Shown: positions 42,167 to 51,462, numbered from the stretch's first letter. The stretch is 51,522 bases of DNA from an uncultured Candidatus Saccharibacteria bacterium (GCA_964483915.1 CAZADL010000002.1:1-51522); one strand, 5' to 3'. Notes: a model not told the origin generated them from the sequence alone. Made by a program: numbers and translations.

Positions 42167-43015
42167 ATGACCGTTTTCGTGCTTTTTGTTCTCGGCCTCG
42201 CGATAGGCAGCTTTTTGAACGTTGTTTCTTTGAGATACGACGGCGAACATTTTATCTTTGATCCGCGCGTCATCGGCGGCCGGTCGCATTGTCCGTCGTG
42301 CAAAAAGACACTCAGATGGTTTGAGCTTGTCCCGCTCGTGAGTTTTCTTGTGCAGGGAGGCCGTTGCCGCCGTTGCGGCATGCGGCAGAGCACGCAATAT
42401 CCGATCGTCGAGCTTGTTTCGGGACTGCTGTTTGTCTTTGTTCCGTGGCGCGTGGCAGGGTTCGGCGGCGCAGGCCTGCTTACGTGGTTTTTTTCGGGAC
42501 TTTGGATGCTCGTGTTCCTTACGCTTCTTCTTGTGTCGGTGATCGACATGCGCCGTGGCATCATACCCGACGAGCTCAATATTACGCTTGGCATCTTGGC
42601 TTTCTGTCTCGGCATTTTCCTCACGGCATTTCCCGCCGCGAGTTCGTTTATGGGACCGCTTGGCAATACGCTCGGCGTTTTTAGAAATGTTTGGGCGGGC
42701 AGAGTGCTCGGCGCCATCTTCGGATTCATATTTTTTGAATTTCTGGCCCTCGTCACGCGCGGAAGGGGCATCGGTATGGGAGACGTAAAACTTGCTCTGC
42801 CGCTCGGCTTTCTTTTTGGCTGGCCAGACATCCTTTCCCTCATAATCGTTTCGTTTTTTTGTGGCGCGATGGTAGGCATTGTTCTCATTGCGCTGAAGAA
42901 AAAGACAACGCAGGGGACGCTCCCGTTTGGGCCGTTTCTCGCGCTTGGCGCGACCATCGTTTTTTTCTTCGGCGCACCCTTGGCACAGTGGTATCTGCGG
43001 ATGATGGGAATGTAG
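42167..43015 (+). CDS. pilD: Prepilin peptidase PilD (A24 family)
   Basis: It has an N-terminal CPSC..CRRC zinc/methyltransferase-type region and is polytopic. Catalytic Asp contexts are present (VIDMRRGIIPDE and GMGDVKL). Confidence 0.9.
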   Translation: MTVFVLFVLGLAIGSFLNVVSLRYDGEHFIFDPRVIGGRSHCPSCKKTLRWFELVPLVSFLVQGGRCRRCGMRQSTQYPIVELVSGLLFVFVPWRVAGFGGAGLLTWFFSGLWMLVFLTLLLVSVIDMRRGIIPDELNITLGILAFCLGIFLTAFPAASSFMGPLGNTLGVFRNVWAGRVLGAIFGFIFFEFLALVTRGRGIGMGDVKLALPLGFLFGWPDILSLIIVSFFCGAMVGIVLIALKKKTTQGTLPFGPFLALGATIVFFFGAPLAQWYLRMMGM

Positions 43016-43039
43016 ATCTCTCTTTCGTTGTGCGACATG

Positions 43040-43048
43040 TGTTACAAT
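43040..43048 (+). promoter_or_regulatory. Extended -10 promoter (TGtTACAAT), 6 nt upstream of ATG 43055
   Basis: The motif tgttacaat is followed by taaaaa and then ATG. Confidence 0.45.
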
Positions 43049-43054
43049 TAAAAA

Positions 43055-43606
43055 ATGTCGAGAAACGGCTTCACGCTTATCGAAGTTCTTATCGTAGTTG
43101 CCATCTCGGCGATGCTTGCGGCGATAACCATTGGCTATAACGGCGTCGCGAGGAACCAAACCGCGCTTTCCGTAGAGGAAACAAAAGTATCCCAATTTAT
43201 TTTGCAGGCTCGCGCGCTTTCCATTGCGACCTATGGCAATCCCGCGGGGTCCGCGTGCGGCTACGGCGTCGCAATTGATCCCGCTGCCAAAACCTATTCA
43301 CTCTTTGCCTATGTGAGCAGTCCGCCCTGTCCGGCGCTTCAAAACATCACTTTCGATTCAACGGTCCATGCCGAAACAAGGTATACGGATGAAACATGGA
43401 ACGTGCATCCTCAAAGCGGCATCTCTTTTTCTGCGGCAAGCACAAGCGCGCTTTCACTCATTCTCTTTTATCCTCCGGACCCCGTGACGCTCCTTTTCGA
43501 CGGATCGGGAAATCCAATAAGCGAAGCATCCATTAACCTTGTTACGGCGGACGGAAAGTCGTCGCGCACGATTTTAATAAATTCGGCGGGCCAGTTGAGC
43601 TTTTAG
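43055..43606 (+). CDS. Minor pilin / pseudopilin (prepilin-type N-terminal domain)
   Basis: The N-terminus is MSRNG/FTLIEVLIVVAISAMLAAI. Confidence 0.8.
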   Translation: MSRNGFTLIEVLIVVAISAMLAAITIGYNGVARNQTALSVEETKVSQFILQARALSIATYGNPAGSACGYGVAIDPAAKTYSLFAYVSSPPCPALQNITFDSTVHAETRYTDETWNVHPQSGISFSAASTSALSLILFYPPDPVTLLFDGSGNPISEASINLVTADGKSSRTILINSAGQLSF

Positions 43607-43650
43607 AACGAAGAACGAAGAATGAAAATTAAACAATAAAGAAATTTTTT

Positions 43651-44202
43651 ATGAGGAACCTCCATTCTCCACCCTCCGTTCTCCATCCTTCGTCTCAAAA
43701 AGGCCAGTCGCTTATTGAAGTGATGGTGGCGATCACCATGCTTACCGTTGGATTTCTCGGAATTTCGTCGCTCCTTTCGCGGTCGCTTGCCTTGAACAGG
43801 GTTGTTACGAACCAGCTGACCGCCACCTACCTTGCCTCGGAAGGCATCGAGATCGCCAAAAATCTGATCGACCATGACGTTTACGGGCAAAGTTCCGGCG
43901 CGACAACCGGCTGGGGATCTTGTTTTAACAAAGGAAGGACAGATTTTGAGCTTGATTACACAACAATCGATTGCAGTACGCTCGCATCGTTCGTTTTCCC
44001 GGGAGATCCATTGTGGTATCACCCCGACACGCATCTCTACGATTACAACGAGAGCGGCGGGATCGCAACAAGCTTTACGCGGAGAATTAGGGTAGAGATG
44101 AGCGGAGACGAGATCACGGTGATCGCCATTGTCTACTGGCCGGGCTTTGGCGGAAGTGCGGGGAGCATCAACCTAGAAGACCATTTTTATAAGTGGTATT
44201 AA
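43651..44202 (+). CDS. Minor pilin-like protein (prepilin-type N-terminal domain)
   Basis: It has ..SSQKG/QSLIEVMVAITMLTVGFLG with Glu at +5. Confidence 0.7.
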   Translation: MRNLHSPPSVLHPSSQKGQSLIEVMVAITMLTVGFLGISSLLSRSLALNRVVTNQLTATYLASEGIEIAKNLIDHDVYGQSSGATTGWGSCFNKGRTDFELDYTTIDCSTLASFVFPGDPLWYHPDTHLYDYNESGGIATSFTRRIRVEMSGDEITVIAIVYWPGFGGSAGSINLEDHFYKWY

Positions 44203-44219
44203 ATTTTAAATCATTCACC

Positions 44220-44813
44220 ATGCCGCCACGCTCCAACCACCATCGCTCGCGAGGATTCACGCTTGTGGAACTTTTGATCGCCATAGCGCTTTTTTCAATT
44301 CTCGTTTCGCTCGCGGCGGGAGGCTTTGTGCGGGCATTGCGCTCGGAGCGCGAGGTCTCGGCCATGATGTCCGCGGAAAGCAATATCAGCAACACCTTGG
44401 AGGAAATGAGCCGGGAAATGAGGACGGGATATTACTTCTGCCAAAACGGCGCGTGCGATTGCGGAAGCAATAATGCGCAGACGCCCACGCTCACATGTTC
44501 CAATATTGAATTTTACAACGCGAACGGAGAAAAAGTGGATTACGTTCTCCAAAATGGCATCCTTGAGCGGAGCGACAGCGCGGAGAACGGCGGAGCGCTC
44601 ACGCCGCTTACGAGCAGCAACGTTGCCACCACCTATCTTGGATTTACCATCCTTGGCAATACTGAAAACGACCACTGGAATCCGCGCGTCACGATTGCCG
44701 TGAGCATAGAGCCGAACGACAGCACTGTTTCATGGCCAACCGCCAACTTGGAAACGACCGTCTCCGCCCGCAATATTGATTGCGTCCCCGGCACATCACC
44801 GCCGCAATGCTGA
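44220..44813 (+). CDS. Minor pilin-like protein (prepilin-type N-terminal domain)
   Basis: The N-terminus is MPPRSNHHRSRG/FTLVELLIAIALFSILVS. Several Cys are present in the mature part. Confidence 0.75.
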   Translation: MPPRSNHHRSRGFTLVELLIAIALFSILVSLAAGGFVRALRSEREVSAMMSAESNISNTLEEMSREMRTGYYFCQNGACDCGSNNAQTPTLTCSNIEFYNANGEKVDYVLQNGILERSDSAENGGALTPLTSSNVATTYLGFTILGNTENDHWNPRVTIAVSIEPNDSTVSWPTANLETTVSARNIDCVPGTSPPQC

Positions 44814-44818
44814 AAATT

Positions 44819-45937
44819 TTAGACATCCAGCGTTCCGTTGGCTCGTAACGGATATTTTTTCCTTCGGCAATGCGCCATATATCCCGCCGCGCCGATCATG
44901 GCGGCATTGTCAAGGTTATAGGTGTTTTGTGGAACAAACAGAGGAATATGCAAATTGCTCATCGCTAATCGCAAATCGCCTTGGAGTTTTTTATTCGCCG
45001 CCACGCCTCCGCAGAGAATCACCGAGTTTGCGTCATATTTTTCCACTGCGCGTATGGTTTTAAAAACAAGCACATCAATGGCAGCTTGCTGAAACGAGGC
45101 CGCCACATCGCACATAAATCCTTTCTCCATTCTCCTTTCTCCGTTTTCCTTTAAATAATACAGCACCGCGGTTTTGAGTCCCGAGAAACTGAAATCATAA
45201 TTTTTTTCATGGAGCATCGGCCGCGGGAATGCCACGGCGTTCGGATTGCCATTTCTTGCGAGTTTCTCGATTTCCGGACCTCCCGGATAGGGAAGATCAA
45301 GCAAGCGTGCGACCTTGTCGAACGCTTCCCCTGCGGCATCATCGCGCGTTTCACCGAGCCGCCGCCATTTTGAAAATGATTCCATGCGAAGGAGCACCGT
45401 GTGCCCGCCGCTTACAATGAGCGCAACGGCCGGAAAAACGACGTTCTTGTCGCCCCCGTCCCTCGGTTTCGCTCGGGATAAACTCCGGCGGGGGTCCGTG
45501 CTTTTCTCGCGCTGTCCGGGAAGAAGAAAGCTGTAGAGGTGCCCCTCCAAGTGGTTCGCGCCAACAAGCGGCTTCTTATATTTTTTTGCGAGAACCTTTG
45601 CGAATTCAATGCCAGTCCAGAGCGCTGGTTCAAGTCCCGGCCCAACTGTTACGGTAATAAGATCAATGTTCTTCCACAAGCGATTAGCGATTTGCCCGCC
45701 CTGAGCTGCGCCGAAGGGCGATTCGCCGAAAATCTTCCGATAGAGCACCGGAAGATTTTTGAGATGTTCCCGTTTTGCGAGGTTCGGTACGACGCCGCCG
45801 AAAGGACGGTGGATCGGTATTTGCGAAGCAACCAGATTTTTAAGAACAGAGAATTTCGGCGCACGAAGTCCGCCATGCGCCTCAATCAAGGCGACGCCAG
45901 TCTCGTCGCAACTGGTCTCAATCGCAAGAATCTTCAT
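44819..45937 (-). CDS. tsaD: tRNA N6-adenosine threonylcarbamoyltransferase TsaD (with repeat-derived insertions)
   Basis: It has MKILAIETSCDETGVAL, GPGLEPALWTG, HLEGHL and VSGGHT. Two or three extra segments coincide with genome-wide repeat sequences. Confidence 0.9.
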   Translation of the reverse strand: MKILAIETSCDETGVALIEAHGGLRAPKFSVLKNLVASQIPIHRPFGGVVPNLAKREHLKNLPVLYRKIFGESPFGAAQGGQIANRLWKNIDLITVTVGPGLEPALWTGIEFAKVLAKKYKKPLVGANHLEGHLYSFLLPGQREKSTDPRRSLSRAKPRDGGDKNVVFPAVALIVSGGHTVLLRMESFSKWRRLGETRDDAAGEAFDKVARLLDLPYPGGPEIEKLARNGNPNAVAFPRPMLHEKNYDFSFSGLKTAVLYYLKENGERRMEKGFMCDVAASFQQAAIDVLVFKTIRAVEKYDANSVILCGGVAANKKLQGDLRLAMSNLHIPLFVPQNTYNLDNAAMIGAAGYMAHCRRKKYPLRANGTLDV

Positions 45938-46010
45938 CTGAAAATAAGTTGACTATTTACGGCAGATGGACTATAACACATTCAGGAATTTTTCCTAAAA
46001 GGAGATATTT

Positions 46011-46316
46011 ATGAACAAGTCGAAGTATGCCTTGAAGACGATTGTCACGTTGGCAATTGTCTTCGTGATTTCGCTCTTGGTCGCGGCGAAGAGCGTTCCC
46101 CTGTCGTCCTTCGCGTGCGCGGCAGGAATTATTTGCGTTTTCCTGGCGCACATTCACAGGTGTAGGTTCTGCGGTAGTTGGCGAACCTACACAGAGGAAG
46201 AAATATTTGGCGGCGGGTTGTCAGGATATGTGAGGGCCATAGTTCGCCGCATCTGTAAAAGATGTGGTGAATGCGAGACTCACTACGAACTCCGCTGTGA
46301 TTCGGGCCATCGCTAA
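46011..46316 (+). CDS. Small membrane protein with C-terminal zinc-ribbon-like Cys pairs
   Basis: A canonical AAGGAG RBS lies 7 nt upstream. It has two hydrophobic helices, then CRFCGSW...CKRCGEC. A terminator follows. Confidence 0.5.
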   Translation: MNKSKYALKTIVTLAIVFVISLLVAAKSVPLSSFACAAGIICVFLAHIHRCRFCGSWRTYTEEEIFGGGLSGYVRAIVRRICKRCGECETHYELRCDSGHR

Positions 46317-46329
46317 CGCTTTTTATATC

Positions 46330-46364
46330 GGGTCGTTGCGCAAAGCGACGGCCCTTTTCTTTTC
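46330..46364 (+). terminator. Rho-independent terminator
   Basis: The sequence is gggtcgttgcgcaaagcgacggccc followed by ttttctttt. Confidence 0.55.
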
Positions 46365-46426
46365 AACAGTGTTATTTCGTTTTATGATAGGGAAACACGG
46401 GGCGAATGTCGGGACAAGCATTTTTC

Positions 46427-48955
46427 ATGAAATACGACCATAAAAATATCGAGGACAAGTGGCAGAAGAAATGGCTTGCTGAACGCGTTTATGAACCGGA
46501 CTTAGATAAACCCAAGAAGCCGTTTTATAACCTGATGATGTTCCCGTATCCGTCGGCGGAGGGGCTTCATGTCGGCAATATGTACGCGTTCACCGGCGCC
46601 GATATCTACGGACGGAAAAAACGCATGGAAGGATACGATGTTTTCGAGCCGATCGGCCTCGACGGGTTCGGCATCCATTCTGAAAACTACGCGATGAAAG
46701 TCGGCGCCCACCCGGTGGATCAAGCAAAAAAATCGGAGCAGCATTTTTACGACCAGCTCCAGAAAATTGGCAACGGGTTCGCGTGGGACGAGCGCCTCGA
46801 AACCTATAAGCCGGAGTATTACCGGTGGACGCAGTGGCTGTTTTTACAGATGTGGAAACACGATCTTGCTTATCGGAAGAAACAGTCGGTCAATTGGTGT
46901 CCGAAAGACCAGACCGTGCTTTCCGATGAGCAAGTGGAGAATGGCAAGTGCGAGCGGTGCGGGACGGTCGTTGTAAAGAAAAACCTTGAACAATGGTCAT
47001 TCCGCATTACAAAGTATGCCGATCGATTGCTCGACAATCTTGAGAAATTAGATTGGTCGGAAAGAGTGAAGGTCGCGCAAAAAAACTGGATCGGCCGCTC
47101 CGAAGGAGTGCTGATAAAATTCAATCTGTCGTTCCGGCCCGCTTCGCCAGAGCGTGAGCGAGGCGAGCGAACGCCGGAATCCACATCAATCGCTGTTTTC
47201 ACGACAAGACCCGACACGCTTTTCGGCGCAACGTATCTGGTTCTGGCGCCGGAGCATGAGGTCATCGCTAATGGCAAATCGCTAATCATCAATCGCCAAG
47301 AAGTTGAGAAATATGTTACCGAGGCGAAGAGTAAAAACAACGAAGAGCGGAGCGCGGAGGGACGCGAGAAGACCGGCGTTGAGTTGAAAGGAATTAAAGC
47401 AATAAACCCCGCGAACGGCGAGGAAATCCCGATCTGGGTTGCGGATTATGTCTTAGGTTCCTACGGCACGGGCGCCATCATGGCCGTCCCCGCGCACGAT
47501 GCGCGCGACTGGGAATTCGCGAAAAAATTTAACCTGCCGATTAAAATGGTGGTCTGTCCCAATGATCCCGACAAAACATGCCCGATTTTAACCGAGGCAT
47601 ACACGGGCGACGGGCATCTTGTGGGTTCGGGTAAGTTCGATAGTATGGATTCGGAAACGGCAAAATGGGAAATCATGAAGTCCGTTCACGGAAAAAAGAA
47701 GACGCAATTCCGGCTCCGCGATTGGCTCATCTCGCGCCAGCGCTATTGGGGACCGCCGATCCCGATGATTTTTTGCGGGAAATGTGAAAAGGAAAACAAA
47801 GGCGAGCATAAGGATATGCCGGGCTGGTATGCGGTGGACGAAAAAGATTTACCCGTCATGCTTCCCTATATTGAGAATTTCCGGCCGACCGGAAGCGGCG
47901 TCTCGCCCCTCGCCACGGACAAGGAATTTTATGAAGTGAAGTGTCCCGCGTGCGGAGAGACGGCGCGGCGGGAAACGGACGTTTCAGATACGTTCCTTGA
48001 TTCGGCATGGTACTATTTGCGGTATTTGGACAATAAAAATAAAAAAGAGCCATTCAGCAAATCAAGAATTAAAAAATGGCTGCCGGCCGCGCTCTACACG
48101 GGTGGCGCGGAGCATTCGGTCCTGCATTTGCTCTACGCACGGTTCGTCGCGATGGCGCTCCACGATTGGGGATTCACGCATTTTGACGAGCCGTTCAAGA
48201 AATTCCGCGCGCACGGGCTCATCATTAAAGACGGCGCGAAGATGTCGAAATCGAAAGGAAACATTGTAAACCCCGACGAATATATCGCGAATTTCGGCGC
48301 AGACACGCTTCGGATGTACCTGATGTTCCTCGCGCCCTTCGAACAGGGCGGTGACTTTCGTGATTCGGGGATGCTCGGTATCGAGCGGTTTTTGAACCGC
48401 GCATGGGGATATGCTTACCATGTCATTCCGGCGAAAGCCGGAATCCACGGCGGGGCGATTGAAAATTCTGGATCCCGGGTCAAGCCCGGGACGACAGACC
48501 TGACAACCCTTCTCCATAAAACGATCAAGAAAGTGACCGAAGACATTGAAAACCTCCACTATAACACCGCGATTTCGGCGCTTATGATCCTCTTAAACGG
48601 ACTGGAAGAACGTGAAACCACGAAGGATTATTTTGAAATCTTTCTTCTCCTTCTTGCGCCATTCGCGCCTCATATTGCCGAAGAACTTTGGCGCGAGCAT
48701 CTTGGGCATAAAACTTCAATTCACCGCGAGCCATGGCCGAAATACAATCCGAAACTGCTCGCAGAAGACACGATTACCTTAGTGTTGCAGGTAAACGGCA
48801 AAGTGCGCGATACTATAAAGGTATCTGCGTCAGTGACCGAGACGGAAGCAAAGGCGGCAGCGCTTACGAACGAAAAAGTAAGCCGGGCGGCGGGAGCCGC
48901 AACGCCAAAAAAGGTCATTTATGTCGTGAAAAAATTAGTGAATATTGTTACTTAG
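46427..48955 (+). CDS. leuS: Leucine--tRNA ligase (with two repeat-derived in-frame insertions)
   Basis: It has the N-terminal MKYDHKNIEDKWQKKW and a HVGN (HIGH-type) motif. It also has TTRPDTLFGATYLVLAPEH and KMSKSKGN. An alternative upstream ATG lies at 46406. Confidence 0.95.
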   Translation: MKYDHKNIEDKWQKKWLAERVYEPDLDKPKKPFYNLMMFPYPSAEGLHVGNMYAFTGADIYGRKKRMEGYDVFEPIGLDGFGIHSENYAMKVGAHPVDQAKKSEQHFYDQLQKIGNGFAWDERLETYKPEYYRWTQWLFLQMWKHDLAYRKKQSVNWCPKDQTVLSDEQVENGKCERCGTVVVKKNLEQWSFRITKYADRLLDNLEKLDWSERVKVAQKNWIGRSEGVLIKFNLSFRPASPERERGERTPESTSIAVFTTRPDTLFGATYLVLAPEHEVIANGKSLIINRQEVEKYVTEAKSKNNEERSAEGREKTGVELKGIKAINPANGEEIPIWVADYVLGSYGTGAIMAVPAHDARDWEFAKKFNLPIKMVVCPNDPDKTCPILTEAYTGDGHLVGSGKFDSMDSETAKWEIMKSVHGKKKTQFRLRDWLISRQRYWGPPIPMIFCGKCEKENKGEHKDMPGWYAVDEKDLPVMLPYIENFRPTGSGVSPLATDKEFYEVKCPACGETARRETDVSDTFLDSAWYYLRYLDNKNKKEPFSKSRIKKWLPAALYTGGAEHSVLHLLYARFVAMALHDWGFTHFDEPFKKFRAHGLIIKDGAKMSKSKGNIVNPDEYIANFGADTLRMYLMFLAPFEQGGDFRDSGMLGIERFLNRAWGYAYHVIPAKAGIHGGAIENSGSRVKPGTTDLTTLLHKTIKKVTEDIENLHYNTAISALMILLNGLEERETTKDYFEIFLLLLAPFAPHIAEELWREHLGHKTSIHREPWPKYNPKLLAEDTITLVLQVNGKVRDTIKVSASVTETEAKAAALTNEKVSRAAGAATPKKVIYVVKKLVNIVT
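47132..47182. repeat. 51-bp hairpin repeat inserted in frame in leuS
   Basis: The sequence TTCCGGCccgcttcgccagagcgtgagcgaggcgagcgaacGCCGGAAtcc is translated as ..FRPASPERERGERTPES... Its core matches the intergenic 51074-51106 (cttcgccaaatcgcgagcgaggtgagcgaat). Confidence 0.55.
48422..48497. repeat. ~76-bp hairpin repeat inserted in frame in leuS
   Basis: The sequence gtcattccggcgaaagccggaatcc...ctggatcccgggtcaagcccgggacgacag is translated as VIPAKAGIHGGAIENSGSRVKPGTT. It belongs to the same family as the intergenic 7050 and 18941 elements. Confidence 0.6.
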
Positions 48956-48956
48956 C

Positions 48957-49886
48957 ATGGGAAGCAAAATCATCGTCGTTCTCTTTGGCGTTTTTGTCCT
49001 CGGCCTCGTGATCTACGCGGTGAATTCTAATTTTTTGGGAAAGCTTGGCTCGCCCATGGGATCGCTTTTTCATTACAGCACGTCAAGCTGGTTTCTGCCA
49101 ACGTCATCTACCATCGCGCCCGCCCCTCAACCTGTCCATCAGGCTTCTCCTTTGCCGCCAAGCACCACGGCGCCGTCCGGCGCAACGACGACCATAAGCC
49201 CGGATCAGATACCGGCCGGGTTCACGCTCGGCGAACTGTCGCCGCACTTCAAAAAAATAACCTTCGGAAGCATGCTTGCGGGGAGCTATTATTCATACGG
49301 CGAAATATCGCTTTCCACCTACGGGCTCGGCGCGAGCGACACCGTGGACATCACGGGATGGCAGATAAAAACGAATCGGAGCGGCGAATATATTCCGCAA
49401 GCGATCAACCTCTACGATCCGTCGGGGCTCGCGGCGCAGGGCGACGTCGTCGTGCGCCAGGGCCAATATGTGAATATCTATTCCTCGTCGGGACCGTTCA
49501 ATCTGCGCCTCAATAAGTGCATCGGCTACATCGGAAATTCAAATAAGTTTACGCCGGCGCTGCCGACAAGCTGCCCCTACATCGACGAGTCCGCGGTTTC
49601 CAAAATGGGCTTCACCGGCGCCTGCGAAAGCTATATCTATTCGCTGGGTTCATGTGAGGTTCCTAACTTGAACAGCGCGCAGGTTCCACAGAACGACTAT
49701 GCGTGTCGAGATTATCTCGCGAACAATTTCAACTATAAGGCGTGTTTCACGGCGCATGCCGGCGACGCCGATTTTCTCTCAAACGAATGGCGCATTTTTA
49801 TGGGTTCCAGTCCGCTGGATCAAAACCACGACACCGTGGATCTTTTTGACGGGAACGGATTGCTCGTGGATCAGTACACGTACTAA
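48957..49886 (+). CDS. Membrane-anchored secreted protein with lamin-tail-domain-like module
   Basis: It has an N-terminal TM (IIVVLFGVFVLGLVIYAV) and a Pro/Thr linker. A segment ..GEISLSTYGLGASDTVDITGWQIKTNRSGEYIPQ..VVVRQGQYVNIYSS resembles an LTD. Six Cys are present downstream. Confidence 0.6.
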   Translation: MGSKIIVVLFGVFVLGLVIYAVNSNFLGKLGSPMGSLFHYSTSSWFLPTSSTIAPAPQPVHQASPLPPSTTAPSGATTTISPDQIPAGFTLGELSPHFKKITFGSMLAGSYYSYGEISLSTYGLGASDTVDITGWQIKTNRSGEYIPQAINLYDPSGLAAQGDVVVRQGQYVNIYSSSGPFNLRLNKCIGYIGNSNKFTPALPTSCPYIDESAVSKMGFTGACESYIYSLGSCEVPNLNSAQVPQNDYACRDYLANNFNYKACFTAHAGDADFLSNEWRIFMGSSPLDQNHDTVDLFDGNGLLVDQYTY

Positions 49887-49901
49887 TTTTCATTCCCGGA
49901 T

Positions 49902-50792
49902 ATGGAAGAGAGGAAAAAGAGAGAAGAGCTGCTTCGCTTGATCAAGGAGAAAGAGCCCGTGGTAGCCAAATTCAATCGCTATATCGGCGGTGGGATTGCC
50001 GAGAAACTTCGGAGAATTCTCGCGTTTGGGCCGAACTATGCCGCATTCTATATCCTCAAGGCATTTACCCCCGCTCCCCGCGGGCGATTGTTTTTTGGAA
50101 AAAGATTCTTTTCAACCGACGGCGGGACGCACCTCGTTGGTTTTATGCCTGACGTTGCGGAACTAAAATTGACCAAATTTCTCATAAAAAATTTGAAAGA
50201 GGATGCTGTTTTTTATGACGTCGGCGCCCACGTTGGATTCTATACTATGCTTGCGGAAGAGATGCTGACGTCCGGAGAAATCCATGCATTTGAACCAAAT
50301 CCCAAAACCTTCCCGGTCCTTTTTAAAAACACCTCTTCGTTTGGTAATGTGCACGTGAATCAAGTGGCGGTTTCAGACGTCGTGGGCACGGCGGACTTTT
50401 ACGCCGACCTGAAGAAGCTCTCAACCGGCAGCGGTTTTTATGAAAGCGCCGGTTATAAGAAAGTAACGGTTCGCGCGGTGACGCTCGATGAATACGCAAA
50501 AACCCATCGCTCGCCATCGCTTATTAAAATTGACGTTGAGGGAGCCGAGGAAAAGGTTATTCGCGGCGCCCGGCGCATGCTCCAAGAAAAGAACCCTATC
50601 GTCATCATCGAAGTGTGGGAAAAAAATAACGACCTCCACAAAAAAGCGATCCGTGAACTTTATAGTTTGGGATACCAATCATATCGGATAACCTCGGAGG
50701 GCGACATGACATTATTCGAAAATATGGACCGAAGCACCGACATTGCCCGCGGCATCAGCTTCGACAATTTTGTATTCGTGAAAGAGAAGTAA
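49902..50792 (+). CDS. FkbM family methyltransferase
   Basis: It has FYDVGAHVGFYT (SAM motif I), IHAFEPNPKTF and IKIDVEGAEEKVIRGA. Confidence 0.8.
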   Translation: MEERKKREELLRLIKEKEPVVAKFNRYIGGGIAEKLRRILAFGPNYAAFYILKAFTPAPRGRLFFGKRFFSTDGGTHLVGFMPDVAELKLTKFLIKNLKEDAVFYDVGAHVGFYTMLAEEMLTSGEIHAFEPNPKTFPVLFKNTSSFGNVHVNQVAVSDVVGTADFYADLKKLSTGSGFYESAGYKKVTVRAVTLDEYAKTHRSPSLIKIDVEGAEEKVIRGARRMLQEKNPIVIIEVWEKNNDLHKKAIRELYSLGYQSYRITSEGDMTLFENMDRSTDIARGISFDNFVFVKEK

Positions 50793-50799
50793 GAAATGC

Positions 50800-51170
50800 C
50801 TCATTCCTCTCGGCACGGCAATCCTACCCTGATATTCCGAGCGTCGTGAAGAATTTTGTTTTTAAGAAAAGATCCTTCGCTATCGCTCAGGATGACAATG
50901 TTTCGCTCAGCATGACAATACTTTTTCTCTCATGCTGAGCCCTGCGCCGGGCTCAGGATAAACTCCGCGAAGAATCTTTTCTCTTTCTGTCATTCTGAAC
51001 GAAGTGAAGAATCTTTTCTGCTACTGTTGTACTGAACATCGCGGAGCCTGCCTACTTGCCTCACTTTCGCCCTGGCCCACTTCGCCAAATCGCGAGCGAG
51101 GTGAGCGAATCGGGCCGGCAGGCAGGAATCCTTTCTTTAAGAAAGATTTAATCCGTCCCAGGCATGATGA
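50800..51170. repeat. Dense cluster of hairpin repeats (GTCATCCTGAGCG..GAAGGATC / GTCATTCTGAACGAAGTGAAGAATC types)
   Basis: It contains aagatccttcgctatcgctcaggatgac, cgctcagcatgac, catgctgagccctgcgccgggctcagg, ggataaactccgcgaagaatc, gtcattctgaacgaagtgaagaatc, and the SPNRERGER-type core shared with leuS. Confidence 0.6.
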
Positions 51171-51174
51171 AGCA

Positions 51175-51462
51175 ATGGATAAAATCTATTACGTCTACAT
51201 CATGGCGAATATCCACAATACGGTTTTCTATACAGGCGTTACGAATGACCTCCGGCGGAGAACCGAAGAACATACCTCTTTGGGAGAGCGTGGATTTACG
51301 CAAAAATATCACATTACCAAAGTTGTTTGGTACGAGACGTTTTCCGAGCCGATAATGGCCATCGCCGCAGAAAAGAAAATTAAAGGATGGAAGAGGAGCA
51401 AAAAGATCGCTCTTATTAAGGATGCAAACCCGACATTTTCCGATCTATTGAAGGAGAGTTGA
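51175..51462 (+). CDS. GIY-YIG nuclease family protein (95 aa, paralog of 13482-13769)
   Basis: It has IYYVYIMANIHNTVFYTGVTNDLRRRTEEH and ..AEKKIKGW... The start is set at ATG 51175, because the upstream part of the ORF-track frame is translated repeat DNA. Confidence 0.85.
   Translation: MDKIYYVYIMANIHNTVFYTGVTNDLRRRTEEHTSLGERGFTQKYHITKVVWYETFSEPIMAIAAEKKIKGWKRSKKIALIKDANPTFSDLLKES

Noticed and set aside
42095-43195. Minus-strand ORFs of 366 aa and 294 aa antisense to the prepilin peptidase gene.
   Set aside because: They are Lys/Arg/His-rich low-complexity translations, typical of the shadow of a hydrophobic membrane-protein gene. The plus-strand product has clear PilD motifs.
51004-51174. 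A long N-terminal extension (57 codons) of the second GIY-YIG ORF.
   Set aside because: The extension is a translation of recognisable repeat DNA (gtcattctgaacgaagtgaagaatc, the SPNRERGER core). The paralog at 13482-13769 is 95 aa, matching a start at ATG 51175.
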